Source of the DNA: Squalus acanthias
Taxonomy: Eukaryota
DNA length: 64,000 bases
Reading direction: 5' to 3'
NCBI GenBank assembly: GCA_030390025.1
Contig: CM059432.1
Coordinates: 151,592,001 to 151,656,000, forward strand
The notes under the pieces are model-generated. The model searched no databases and was not told the origin of the DNA. It saw only the letters and a list, made by a program, of their open reading frames with translations. Below, in pieces: positions 49,923 through 62,728 of this stretch (the first letter of the stretch is position 1; every line of letters starts with the position of its first letter). A program made the translations under genes and the position numbers.

Positions 49923-50211
49923 AGTATCTTATTAAACACCTTTTAAAAAAAAAAAGTTTACATCTTTATATCTTGTCCCCACTTCCAATCTATAAAACCT
50001 GTTACAGTATTACTGTCATACTTTTATGTCAACTTTTTCCAATTTAGACTCCTATGTCAACATCAACTGTCTATGTAAACTCATCACCCTGATCATCTCA
50101 AGCTGTGATGTCTTTATTTTCAAAGTTTAAAATTTTTTACATTTTTAAAGCCCCAGGTGTCACCTTTTTATGTTGATGGTAACTAGAATATTTACATTGT
50201 CTTATAGCCGA

Positions 50212-50383
50212 GAGAGATAGAAGCTGACAGAGTCAGACACCGATACCCATCCTGGAGAGATAGAAGCAGGCAGAGTCAGACACAGATACCCATCCTGGAG
50301 AGATAGAAGCAGGCAGAGTCAGACACCGATACCCATCCTGGAGAGATAGAAGCAGGCAGAGTCAGACACAGATACCCATCCTG
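50212..50383. repeat. Minisatellite, 4 x 43 bp
   Basis: Unit GAGAGATAGAAGCAGGCAGAGTCAGACAC(C/A)GATACCCATCCTG, contiguous, no spacers. Confidence 0.95.
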
Positions 50384-50708
50384 GAACCAATCGCAAAACA
50401 CCAATTTCAATGTTTATAGAGTTCCTTTTGAATGCCAGACATGGAATCCGCCTCAGAGTGCTGTAAGGCCTAATTCCTCACCGTCCCCTCACTGCTGACT
50501 GACACCAGTGAGCCCAACCTCAGATTTAACTCCCAGTTGTGCCAAATTTCAGTAATGTCAGATCAAAGAACTCTCACTGCCCCCCACCCCATGTTGCCAA
50601 ACTGTCAAGCTCCATGAGCCTCCAGGCATTCCCTGTGTTACTAAAGCACAGAACTGCCCCCAAGTGCAGATAAACCCAAATCCCTTTCCTTGTACGTTTA
50701 AATACTAG

Positions 50709-51599
50709 GGGGTAAAAATTCAGTTGGTTGCGCCTCCCGTTAGCGCCTTAAGAGGGCGCTAATGGGGCGCAAAGCCGCTAACGCCCGGGCGCAGCGATGT
50801 TTGCGCCGCTCGGGAACTTAACTTGACATTGTGCGGCGGCGCTAAAACTTACCGCTGCGACCACCTGCGCGCGCAGATTGTGACGTCATTCCATGGTGCA
50901 ACGCCCTTGTGGCGCCCCGGAGCGGAAATTGAGTGGCGCCCCCTGCCTTACCGCCTGGCGCTTTCAACGACCGGAAGACTGGAACGCTATCAATCGCTGT
51001 GGGGCTGGGGGGGGCGCTATTTAAAGGGGGCCTCTTCCTGCCTTTTATTGTTGGTGGCATTTTTGAACTACGCATTCTGAGAGAGAGGGAGAGACTTCTG
51101 GAGAGATTCAACGTTGTGTGAAGGAGTTTTGGGTACTGAGCAGCACTTTGCAGGTTCATTTTGATTTGCCATTCCTTGTATCGATTTAGCAGAGACTGTG
51201 GGAGCTGCACTCTGAGCTCTTTGCCTGGTACTCTCCATTGTTCTTTCCAGCACATTTGATGTGCAAGTCTCTCCAGGCCGAGATTCAAGGCTGCAATGAA
51301 CAGGATGTGGATGGAAAGCAAGATTAACCATCCCCTTTAAGAACTGGCCCGTGCCATTGTGTGTGTGTTCCATTGCTGACTGACATTACATGAGCTTCGC
51401 CAGCGCTCTGAGTTAGCGCCTCACTCCTTGGCCTTTGCGCCTTAAGACAGGTGTGCAGCGCCTGATTTAGCGCTCCACTCACCTCCCGGGGCGGTAAAAG
51501 TGAAGTTTCCAGTCAGTGCCGATAATTAGCGCCAGGCGCTAATATTTGCGTCCAGACGATATTTGCGCCCCAAATGGGGCGCGACCTAATTTTTACCCC
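50709..51599. mobile_element. PIF/Harbinger-type non-autonomous element (891 bp), CpG-rich
   Basis: TIRs GGGGTAAAAATT / AATTTTTACCCC; 3-bp TSD TAG (50706-50708, 51600-51602); many subterminal TTAGCGCC / GGCGC motifs. Confidence 0.85.
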
Positions 51600-52162
51600 T
51601 AGATCTCTACTTGCATGTCATCTTGCTGTTTGTTGTTCGCATTAAACATGGAAAGGGATTTTTTAAAAATAGGTAAAAGAATTCTATATAAAACTAAGAC
51701 CACTCATTTACAGTTTTGACAGAATCTGGACAGAGTTGTTGAATTAAATGTCCAAAGCGCCAGTAAAAATGCCAGAATAGCATTTAATAAAAATGGAATT
51801 TAACTTATTCAATTGCTGTAAATCAGTGGCCCTGGTGTTATCCCTTACATGGGATAAACACCTTTATTGTTATAAAACAGCAAATTCTCTCGCTAGGTCA
51901 GTCAAACCAGCCCAGTCAGTACTTTGAGAACCAAGCACCATTTCAACAGCTATCAGTACTTTTAACAGTTACCTGGCAACTTTTCATTTTTTTTGTTTGT
52001 TGTCTATTTTGTTAGTTGAAATTATTGCGTGGTTTTAAAATCTCGAATTCTTGGACTTTGGTTAACATCAGCTATGAAAGCACAGACCTAAACGAGAATA
52101 ATAATGCAGTAATGGTAACCTCTGCGAAGATTGTTCACTCATGCATGCTTTATTTTCTCCAG

Positions 52163-52266
52163 TGGTACCAGCACTTGTAGATCGTTTAGGCGATAGCAAA
52201 GATCAAGTCAGAGAGCAGACACACAATCTTCTGCTCCGAATAATGGACCAGGCTGTGTCACCCCAG
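52163..52266 (+). CDS. CLASP2: CLASP exon; (V)VPALVDRLGDSKDQVREQTHNLLLRIMDQAVSPQ
   Basis: TTTTCTCCAG acceptor, GTATGT donor, 104 nt; contains the CLASP motif LxDRLGDxKDxVRE; phases match the neighbouring exons. Confidence 0.9.
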
Positions 52267-52740
52267 GTATGTTTGTTTTTTGGGTTTCCAGTTGTATTGT
52301 ACTGGCTTTTCCATCTTAAGTTCAGTTATTCCTTAAACATTACAAAAGTAGCATTGTATTTTCAAGTTTTTTAAAATCATTTAACTTTAAGGCCTTGATG
52401 GTGCAGAATTTTTGTGGTGCGTTAAGATTGTTGGGTACCTTTTCCAGTCTGGTGCTGTACAATGAGAAGTTCTGAGGTTGGACAAGTTTTCTCTGTTAGT
52501 TTTACAACAATTCTTAATGAAACAGGCCATCCTTATGACCTATCCATAATTGGTACTAACCATTGTCCTGGCAATTGGTGAACTACTTGTGAACCGTATC
52601 CAACTGGCCTGTGTTCTATAGATGCCATACCCAGATGTTTGTCACGGGGGATGATATACTGCTCGAGAACATACTTAATGGTCACTTGCATTTTGGAGTA
52701 TGTTTTCATCTTTTGAGGTGTGATATTTGGCATGGTTCTC

Positions 52741-53325
52741 AACAACAACATGCATTTATATACCGCATTTAACGTAGTAAAAGGTCCAAAGACGCTTCAC
52801 AGGAGCGCTATCAAACAAAATTTGACACCGACCAAGCTTGGTCAAAGAGAGAAGTTTTAAAGAGCATCTTAAAAGAGGAGAGTGAGGTAGAGAAGTGGAG
52901 AGGTTTAGGGAGGGAATTCCAGAGCTTAGGGCCTCGGCAGCTGAAGGCGTGGCCTCCAATGGCGGAGCGAGTAAAATCGGGCATGCGCAAGAGGCCAGAA
53001 TTGGAGGAGCGAAGAGATCCCGGAGGGTTGTAGAGCTGGAGGAGGTTACAGAGATAGGGAGGGGCGAGGCCATGGAGGGATTTGAAAACAAGGATGAGAA
53101 TTTTAAAATCGAGGCATTGCCGGACCGGGTTCCAATGTAGGTCAGCGAGCACAGGGGTGATGGGGGGACGGGACTTGGTGTGAGTTAGGATGCAGGCAGC
53201 AGAGTTTTGGATGAGCTCAAGTTTATGTAGGGTGGCCGATGGGAGGCCGGCCATGAGACCATTGGAATAGTGTCTCGAGGTAACCAAGGCATGGATGAGG
53301 ATTTCAGCAGCAGATGAACTGAAGC
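52741..53325 (-). mobile_element. L2 3' fragment
   Basis: LELIQNSAACILT..LDFKILILVFKSLHGLAPPYL..LWNSLP; aacaacaac tail. Confidence 0.85.
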
Positions 53326-53857
53326 AGGTTTGATTGGCAGCTAAACAGGTCATTCTCTGGAAATGGGGAAGGGTTAGAGTTTAAGCATTTGCCATGCTGT
53401 CCACTAAGTAATAAAAGACAGAGTCTGGTTAGATCTGGTGAGGAAGTTGGTTACAGGGAGTGTGAAATGACTGATCGGAAGAGTGTATTTAACCAGTTAA
53501 TGGCAACATTGTGACGCGCTTGGATATTTTTTACATTATGAGGAGTGTTAGAAAATGGATTAGATTTCACTGTAAACTGTTGGCTTATAATTAGCCTTTT
53601 ATCTCTGAAGTGTTAAGCCTACCTATCAGAAGATAGGAGAAACGCATATGAGGATGCGTATGTGTTCATTCAGCTCACATAATAAAGGCATTTCATTATT
53701 ACCTCCCACCCAATTCCAGCACATTCTATCATAAGATTAGATATTAGGTAGTAAAGGTAAACTCCTGATCATAAGGGTTGTAGGGTCTGCTTACGGGAGA
53801 GACAGTGTAATATTTGAGTTGATTTCTGTGTAATATTACAGTCCTCTTTCTTTTTAG

Positions 53858-53949
53858 TATGTTTGGGAACGATTAACTTCCGGGTTTAAACACAAGAACT
53901 TTCGGACACGAGAAGGAGTCTGCCTGTGTCTCATTACTACACTCAACAT
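53858..53949 (+). CDS. CLASP2: CLASP exon; YVWERLTSGFKHKNFRTREGVCLCLITTLN(I)
   Basis: TTTCTTTTTAG acceptor, GTAAGT donor, 92 nt; GFKHKNFRxREGxCLCL is a hallmark CLASP TOG1 segment. Confidence 0.9.
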
Positions 53950-54675
53950 GTAAGTCAGAAGTACTTGCTCCATTCAGTTGTTAATGTGACCTGTTAGTGC
54001 AACATGTTTGACTTATTTCAAGTGTTTCAGTGTTTTTAAAACAATCCGCAATCTAGTTCACTAATAAAAATTAAATTGAATGTCGGCAAAGAACATCTTC
54101 AGGTAGAGCACTTTCCGCGTTAAAAATGGAGTGCACAATTATGCTTGCTTTTCATGGTGGCTTTTTTCCAGTATTTGTGACCAAAATCATCAGTGCCATC
54201 TTGATTTTGAGCGTTTCTGAAGCAAGTAATAAATGTTCGACTTCATGTTTACATCAACAGTCAATGCAAGAACCCAATTGTGAGGATGTAATTTGTGGTG
54301 AATTTTCCCTGAATTTTACATATACAGTCTGCTGATTGCTGCCGTGCAAAATTTACATCCCTTAGTACTTCCAAGATTAAAAGTTTTTTTAAAAGCAATA
54401 TATTTTAATTTGAAACAATTCTGAGGCATAGTAGAACGTGAACTGTTCATAATTGCTGATAAAATGAAGGTTCCTTTTAAGTTAATTATATACTTATGAT
54501 TAAAATGCTTTCAGTTAAGATGCATTCACCTTTACCTACTTGCATCCTAATTGCTCTGTAGCAGTTTCGCTAATGAAGTGGACTAGAGTGGCGATAATGT
54601 GTGCTGTGTTTGTTTACATTTTATGAAATATTGCCATAGGATTTGTTCAAATAAATCTGAACTTACTTTTTGCAG

Positions 54676-54751
54676 TTATGGAGCACAACCATTAACATTA
54701 AGCAAAATAGTACCACACGTATGCAACCTGCTCTGGGATCCAAATAGCCAG
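54676..54751 (+). CDS. CLASP2: CLASP exon; (I)YGAQPLTLSKIVPHVCNLLWDPNSQ
   Basis: TTTTTGCAG acceptor, GTATGT donor, 76 nt, completes a phase-2 codon from 53949. GAQPL, WERL and PALVDRLGD resemble CLASP2 more than CLASP1 (from recall of vertebrate sequences). Confidence 0.88.
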
Positions 54752-56059
54752 GTATGTTTATGATATTTCAGCAATTCACAACAATGTACAAAATGCAGTA
54801 TGTTGTCACAAATGTGCAATGTAGTAAAGCTGTATAATTCTTTCATAACAATTTCTGATGCACCATTTTTTTGAGAACTCCTACTCTATAAGGTGATTTT
54901 CTTGAAACTGCACTTCTATGCTGATGCCAATGATTGTGCTAAAAAGAGGGGTCAATTTTGTGTGCCGACAATGTTAAGTTGCAGCAGGTACTGATAATGC
55001 ATTGTTGCATGTTCTGTATTTATACCAGACAAATGAACTATCCAGTGGTTTGTTAACTTAGGTATTATATGCACTTTTGAGGCAGCTGAAATTATTACAC
55101 AATAATGACACCATTCAATAGAAGTCTCAACCAACAATCATAACTGAATGCATCTATGTCAACCTTTCAAAGATGCTTTGCTCATGATCACATTTTTTTA
55201 AATGGGTTTATTTCAGGAAAAAATCAAAGTCAAGTTAATATAAATGGACATATGATTTATGAAAATTAAGAAAATGTTGCGCATTCTACAGTGAATCTCC
55301 TATGGCATTGCCCATGGAAAGATAGGACAAATGAATTATCCTCGAGGTGTATTAATAATACTGTAGATATAGTTGTGAGGATCAGCAGCTTTTGGAGCCT
55401 ATGAACAACAACTTGCATTTATATATTGCCTGTAACACAGTAAAACGGCCCAAGGCGCTTCACAGGAACGATATCAAACAAAATTTGACATCGAGCCACA
55501 AGATACTAGGACAAGTGATCAAAGACTTGGCCAAAGAAGTAGGTTTTAAGGAGCATCTTAAAAGAGGAGAGAGAGGCAGTGACGTTTAGGGAAGGAATTA
55601 CACAGCTTAAAACCTGGGCAGCTGAAGGCCCGGCTGCCAATGGTGGAGCGATTAAAATCTAAGATGCGCAAGAGGCCAGAATTGGAGGAGCGCAGAGATC
55701 TCAGGGTTGTAGGGCCAGAGGAGGTTGCGGAGATGGGGAGGGGTGAGGCCATGGAGTGATTTGATAACAAGGATGAGAATTTTAAAATCGAGGCGTTGCT
55801 GGACCGGGAGCCAATGTAGGTCAGTGAGCACAGGGGTGATGGGTGAATGGGACTTGGTGTGAGTCAGGATACGAGCAGCAGCGTTTTGGATGAGCTCCAG
55901 TTTATGGAGGGTGCAAGGTGGGAGGCCAGCCTTGAGAGCATTGGAATACTCGAGTCCAGAGGTAACACAGGTGTGGATGAAGGTTTCAGCAGCAGATGAG
56001 CTGAGGTAGGGACGGAGACAGGCGATGTTACAGAAGCAGAAGTAGGTGGTCTTGGTGAT

Positions 56060-57466
56060 TGAAGTGGGGTTTTCGAGCTCTACTATAATTAAAGGGTTAA
56101 GAATGGGAATCGAATGAGCTAATAGGCCTTTGCAGTAGTAAGCTTTTTCTAAGTTGCTGAACTGGCAGTTGAGATAACCTAAGAATGACATGTTGATTTT
56201 GCAGTAATGAGAAGTCGCACAACACCAGGTTATAGTCCAACAGTTTTATTTGAAATCACGAGCTTTTGGAGCGCTGCTCCTTCATCAGGTAAAGTGAGGG
56301 AATACAAATCAGCAAAGCATATATAGACAGAGAACAACGTGTTTCTGACTGCCCTCCATCACACCTCGGCAGAGATACAATCAGTCAGGAAGGCATTACA
56401 TCAAAGACACAGCAAAATACAGCTAAGACAATGAGGTGGGGTCACGGGGGGTCCAACGTGTCAAATGCTGCAGTCTGCAGTTAAGCTTTTTACTTTTTTT
56501 TACTGGAAATCACATCTGTGAACAAGCCAACGACGACTCGAGTCTGGATGACTCTACGTCATGTAGCGTGACATGAACCCAAGATCTCGGTTGAGGCCGT
56601 CCTCATGGGTGCGGAACTTGGCTATCAGTTTCTGCTCGATGATTTTGCGTTGTCGTGTGTCTCGAAGGCCGCCTTGGAGAACGCTTACCCGCAGATCCGA
56701 GGCTGAATGTCCTTGACTGCTGAAGTGTTCCCCGACTGGGAGGTAACAATCCTGCCTGGCGATTGTTGCGCGGTGTCTGTTCATATGTTGTCTCAGTGTC
56801 TGCATGGTCTCGCCGATGTATCATGCTGCGGTGCATCCTTTCCTGCAACGTATGAGGTAGACAACGTTGGCCGAGTCACATGAGTATGTACCATGTACCT
56901 GGTGGGTAGTGTCCTCGTGTGATTTTGCAGTAGTGTAAGAATGATTGACGACTGCAAGCTGTGTGACTTGGAGACGATTGCAAATAGCCGGACGTTGAAC
57001 CATAAGAGGCCTCGAAGATGTAAGTTCTGCTCTGGCAGGAAAGTAGAACAATGAGTCGGAAGTAAAAAGGCCGAGAGGGGCAGGAAAGCAGGACAATGAG
57101 TCAGAAGTATAATGTTGGTGAGACCCATCTGGCATAAACAATAGTCATAGTTGCAACAACAGCTTGTGGTGATAACGGACATATACTTTTCCGGTAATAA
57201 AGGCGGTACCTTAATGTAGCGCGCGGCATAGGCAACCAATCAGTGAATGTGCACACGGGGCGAAACCCAATCATTGTTCAGATGGATCGTGCACGAGGCT
57301 AATTATGTACCTGTATTTTGTATAAAAGACTGCTTAAAACTTTATCATCGGAGAGAAGCCTGGCTAGACCGATGGCAGGTTGTCCCCCCACCGGTGCGAA
57401 TAAAGACTGCTTGAATCTTCAAATGCAGACCTGGTGTTGAGTGTTTATTTCAAATACTCCACTTCA
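56060..57466 (+). mobile_element. Solo LTR (~681 bp after removing the Penelope insert)
   Basis: Termini TGAAGTGG...CCACTTCA; 5-bp TSD GTGAT (56055-56059, 57467-57471); CCAAT boxes ~57236 and ~57268, TATAAAA 57321, AATAAA 57399. Confidence 0.85.
56207..56919 (-). mobile_element. 5'-truncated Penelope-like element: GIY-YIG endonuclease remnant plus pLTR with a hammerhead motif
   Basis: 13-bp TSD TGATTTTGCAGTA (56194-56206, 56920-56932); SCDSANVVYLIRC..YIGETMQTLRQHMNRH..VGEHF..GLNRD; CTGATGAAGGAGCAGCGCTCCAAAAGCTC (GAAA mutated to AAAA). Confidence 0.9.
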
Positions 57467-60021
57467 GTGATGGAGCGGATATGAGGTCGGAAGCTCATCT
57501 CGGTCAAATAGGACCCAGAGGTCGCTAACGATCTGGCTTAACCTCAGCGCATGGAGAGGGTTGGAGTTGGTGGCTAGCGAACAGAGTTTGTGACGGGAAC
57601 CTAAAACACTGGCTTCAGTCTTTCCATTATTTAGTTAGGAGGTTTCTGCTCATCCAGTTCTAGATGTCGGAGAAGCAGTGCGACAAATCAGGGGCAGTGG
57701 AGGGGTCAAGGGAGGTATGTGGAACCTGACGTTATCTTCCAGCTGATGAAGCTCCAACTAGTGGCAGAGGTGTGCAGCTGCAGGTGTAATTGCAACATGT
57801 AGCTTTATAATGGGAAAATCCCATTGACACGCCATCTTGAGAGACATGACAGAAGGATGCTCAAATTAGGAGTGGGTGATATGCGTAACAAATTTAAAAT
57901 ACTACAGGTATTTTCAAATGTTGACTGCACTATGGTGAACTGTTGTCCCAAGGATTACAGTACTAAATTAGAGTACGTCACAATGCTCAACAGTTTCGAC
58001 GTTTGTCAGTTCTGTGAACTTAAAGCAGATCAGTTGTGCCGTGCAGATTTTGAATTCTTATTTACTGTTTTGTCCACAGTAAACAAATGCCATAACTTTT
58101 TTAAGGATTCCTCAGGCATGGATATGGTGGGTAGCACAATTAGTTCATGCATAGTCCTTTTATTTCTTGGGACCAGAGTTTAAATCCAACATAGATTAAT
58201 TTGTTGGAAGCCCTTACCGATGGCTCAAAATAAATCTGTGCAGTATTAATCCAGTTCCCAAAAGATCAGGGGCATAGTTCTGCTCCTAAATTAGCAGTTT
58301 CAATTGGGATGTAAGTTGAGAAATGACATAATACAGGATGCTCTTTTGAGATTGGGGTTAAACGGAAGAAACTTCACTACACATCTGGCCCATTCTGTGT
58401 CTGATACGGCAGTGCTTGATGCTGACATTAGGTGTGAAAAGCGGAAAGGTATACTGGCTTGAGAACAGAGATTTACCAAAGATGATAAATTAAATGCCTT
58501 GCGTTGTCGTGCATCATGGCACTTGTGATAGCCTCCTTCCATACAATCCAAAAGTGATTTTTTTCTTTCTTTCCTGTTGGTATCAGTGATTATTTACCAT
58601 GCTGTTGTGAGAGAATATTGGGTTTATGCCAAACACTGGTTTCAAAATTTTGCATAAACTAACGGGAGACATGTTATTGCAAATAATTACAACTGGAATT
58701 TTTTGTGATTTCATCTTTGTACTTCTGACTAAGTCTGAGAAACTGGTAAGGAAATTTGAGGAAATAGCGAACAATGGTATGGCAGATACAGATACTCCTG
58801 GGGAATCTGGGTTTGAGTGCTAGCTGTTACCACATTTCTCCTTGTCTACTTTCTCCTCATGTATAAATATATTAAAATAAAATTGGTCAAAGCAGGCCTT
58901 CTTTGATCTTGTGTACTCATTCAAATATGTGTTGGGTAAATTCAAACATCATCAAAAATGAAAAGAAAAATCCTGTTCATGTAGACATTTAAAAAAAAAA
59001 CCTGTCTTTCCTTTGTACCTTTTTTATACATGAGTTACATAAGATATAATAACAAAGTTCAGGTATAGTTGCTGTTCTAACAATAGGAGAAAGATGAGCT
59101 GAACTTTGGCAAACAGTTTATTCAATCCAGTGACCGTTATGCATAAGTATGTTTTAGATTTCATGTGGATACAAGGTATGAGAGGCCTGGTATTAGCCAA
59201 ATATTATGAAGTTGTCTTGGCAATGGAGAATCATTAAGTGAAACACTGTCAACCTAAGGTCCCCTGGCAATGCTGTCTCATCCTGCTGGTGCAGGCACTT
59301 TTGAGTCCTTAGCCTTTATTGACTCAGGAGAGGTGAGTTCCTCATTACTTTTGAAGTGAATTCATTTCCTGTATACCTGATTGTCACTATGACCTCGTGT
59401 CATCTCTGGGTCATTGGGATCCTGAGCTTGATTGTCGGGACTGTAACACATCAGTTAGTTGCCATGTTCAGTTGATCGGTTAACGTTGAAGGAGCTGTAT
59501 GATTATCCTGAATACTGTACTTTCACATGTAAATCTTGCATTGTGCCTCACTGACCACTTGCATATGAGTTTCTGGAAGCCTCATGATTTGGCTGGACGC
59601 TGTTGTCTCACTTGATAGCCAAGACTTTGTGGAAGCCAACAATGATGAGGAATTCTTATAATTTTCCAAACGTTGATTCACATTTCAATAGAAAGGAATG
59701 ATCACATGGCATCTGTGAAATCATGTTATGTCCTGAATGCAGGTGGATGTAGGTCTCCAACAAATTCTTGCGATCTCTCCGCCAGGTGATTGGACTAATC
59801 TAATAAGGGAAAAAAATAAGGATTGCTATTACTTTGACTGCCACAAACAAAGTGGTTATAGGTAGAGGGTGCCCTTGCCTTGTGCTACCATGTGACTTTA
59901 GCATTTGTGTTTGTTATTCCAGGCATTGCACATCCTTTACCTCCGATATAATTGATTCCTGAGAATATCGTGCCTGCTTGTTTCACTGCTCCGCAAAGGA
60001 TAATACTAGTCATGATAGAAA

Positions 60022-60480
60022 AACGAACTTGCATTTTTATAGTGCCTTTCACATTCTCGGGCTATTGCAGACCCCTTCACGGGCAGTGAATTCTTTGTGA
60101 AAAGTAGTCACCTCTGCTTTGTTAACGGATGCAGCAGCAAATGTGTGCAGCACGGTCCCACAAGTAGCAATTGAGATAAATGAGTCATTAATCTGTTTTG
60201 GTAGTGCTGGTTGAGGTTTGAATGTTGGCCTGAACACCAGCAGAACTCCCTACTCTTGTTTGAAATAGTGCTTTGGGGTCTTATACATCCACTTGAACAG
60301 ACCGCTGAGGCTTCTGTTTAATGTCTCATCTGAAAGATGAAACCCCCAACAATGCAGCACTCCCACAGTGCTACGATGAAGTGTTGGCCTACGTAGTGTG
60401 TTCAACCCCCAGAGTGGGGCCTGAACACACAACCATCTGACTCTGAGAAGAAAGTGCAACCACTGAGCCAAGCTGAAATG
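60022..60480 (-). mobile_element. tRNA-derived DeuSINE-like element, apparently full length
   Basis: Minus strand: A-box TGGCTCAGTGG, degenerate B-box GTGTTCAGGCCC, central CTTTCAGATGAGACATTAAAC (Deu-domain-like), L2-like tail GGCACTATAAAAATGCAAGTT. Confidence 0.7.
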
Positions 60481-60964
60481 TTTCTGATTGCTGTATTTTG
60501 CAGAATATTTATCCTTTAGATAATCAGAATCCCCAATGTGGTTTGATGTTATTGACTCCACCTACCAATTAATGGCTTTAATTGTTTTTTCCCAACAGCT
60601 TCTGAAATGTGTTTTTGACATTGTAAGCCTGTATCAGAATGGGGAACCTCTGAATCATAGAATAGTACAGCACAGAAGGAGGCCATTCGACCCATTGAGC
60701 CGGCTCTTTTGAAGAGCAATCTAGTTAGTCACACTCCTCCGCTCTTTCTCCATATCCCTGCAATTTTTTCTCCTTCATGTATTTATCCAATTCTCTTTTG
60801 AAGGCTACTATTGAATCTGTATCCACCGCCCTATCGGGCAGTACATTCCAAATCCGAACCACTCGTTGCATAAAAAAGTTTTTCCTCCTGTCGCCTCTGG
60901 TTCTTCTGCCAATCACCTTAAATCTGTGCCCTGTCGTTATCGACCCTTCAGCCATTGGAAACAG

Positions 60965-61683
60965 GGGCCCGTATTTTCTGATCCCTACGGGTGTGTATGA
61001 GGTGTGTAAACACCCGTAGGGGCCTCGCAAGTGCTGGTTTCAGGCATGCGAAGCGCATGCGCTGAAAACAGGCACTTCCGATCTGTCAAGAATACTCTTG
61101 ACAGATCTTCTGCCTGCCCTGGAGAAGGGCCTCTGCGGGGGGGTGAGTTCCGCTTTCTGCACAACCTCCGCCCGCTGAAATCCCTTAAAAATCTTACGCC
61201 TGGTAAAAGCAGGCCTTACCTGAGTTTAAAAAAGTAAAAAAATAATTTTTTTTTCACTCATATTTAAAAAAAAAGTAAGTTTATTTTTAGCCTGTAAAAT
61301 TTTTTAATTTTTTTTCTAAATCTTAAATTTTTGTTTAAAATAATTTAATGGAATTTTAACTAATTTTAAAAACATGATGGTTTTAAACTAAATTTATTTA
61401 ATGTTTTGATGTGTTTTTTTGAGTGATCCCCATTCATACTTTTGACCGGTCTAACCTGTCAAAAGTATGAAGGTGGATTCCCTTCTTTCATTGATTCCCC
61501 ATGGCCCACGTGATCCCAGGGACGCTTGCAAACCGCCTGTGCCTCTGGGATACCTGGGCCCTATGCATTTCGTAGAGCAGAGGCCCAGGAGTGGAAATGT
61601 CCGGAGCCCTCAGGTAAGGGCGTAGATTTTTTCCAGATCGGAGGCCTCCGCACGCAGGAAGCCTCCGATCGGAAAATACGGGC
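60965..61683. mobile_element. PIF/Harbinger-type MITE
   Basis: TIRs GGGCCCGTATTTTC / GAAAATACGGGC; CAG duplicated (60962-60964, 61684-61686); removing it restores the CR1 sequence GGAAACAGTTTCTC; AT-rich centre. Confidence 0.8.
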
Positions 61684-62458
61684 CAGTTTCTCTTTATTTA
61701 CTCTATCTAAACTTTTCATGGTTTTAAACACCTCTATCAAATCTCCTCTTGGCCTTCTCTGCTCCAAGGAGAGCAACCCCAGCTTCTCTAATCTATGCAC
61801 ATAACTGTATTCCCTCATCCCAGGAACCATTCTAGTAAACCTCTTCAGTACCCTCTCCAAAGCCTTCAAGTTCTTCCTAAAGTGTGGTGCCCAGAATTGG
61901 ACACAATACTCTAGCTGGGGACGAACTAGTGTTTTATACAGGTTTAGCATAACTTCCTGGCTTTTGTACTCTATGCTTCCATTTATAAAGCCCAGGATCC
62001 CATATGCTTTATTAACCTGTCTTGCCACCTTCAAAGATTTGTGCACAAACGCCCCCAGGTCTCTCTTCTTGCACCCCCTTTAAAATTGTACCATTTAGTG
62101 TGTATGGTCTCCCCTCATTCTTCCTGCCAAAATGTATTGCCTCACACTTCTCTGCATTGAATTTCATCTGCCATGTGTCTGCCCATTCCACCAGCCTGTC
62201 TATATCTTCTTGAAGTCTATTACTATCTTCCTCACAGTTTACTACACTTCCAAGCTACGTGTCATCTGCAAAGTTTAAAATTGTGCCCAGTGCCTCCATG
62301 CCATTAATGTATATCGTGAACAGCAGTGGTCCCAGTACTGAACCTTGGAACTCCACTGTATACCCACCTCCAGTCCAAAAAAACAGCCATTCACCACAAC
62401 TCTGTTTTCTATTCCTTAGCCAATGTTGTATCAATGCTGCTACTGCCCCTTTTATCCA

Positions 62459-62728
62459 AAAATGTGCGGGTTAGGTTGATTTGGCTATGATAAATTGACC
62501 GTTAGTGTTAGGGGGGGATTAAATATGTGGGGATAGGATGGGATATGTTAGGGGGAATTAAATACGTGGGGTTACGGGGGTAGGGTGGGATATGTGTACT
62601 GTGGGGATTAAAGCAGGGACAGGGTACTGGATTTGGATGATCAGCCATGATCGTATTGAATGGCGGAGCAAGCTCGACGGGCCGAATGGCCTACTCCTGC
62701 TCCTAGATTCTATGTTTCTATGTTTCTA
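62459..62728 (+). mobile_element. 5'-truncated HE1/V-SINE-like element with a CR1-derived tail
   Basis: ATGTGCGGGTTAGGTTGATTTGGCTATGATAAATTG resembles the shark HE1 body; ends GGCCGAATGGCC..(TTTCTATG)n; TATCC at both junctions. Confidence 0.55.

Larger units (their letters stand above)
55404..57740 (-). mobile_element. L2 fragment split by the solo LTR
   Basis: L2 sequence stops at GGTCTTGGTGAT (56059) and resumes as GTGATGGAGCGGATATG (57467). Confidence 0.8.

Noticed and set aside
50212..50383. CRISPR-like array
   Set aside because: Units are contiguous with no unique spacers, there are no cas genes, and the context is vertebrate.
60400..60480. tRNA gene
   Set aside because: A/B boxes are degenerate and continue into a SINE body and tail; no cloverleaf.
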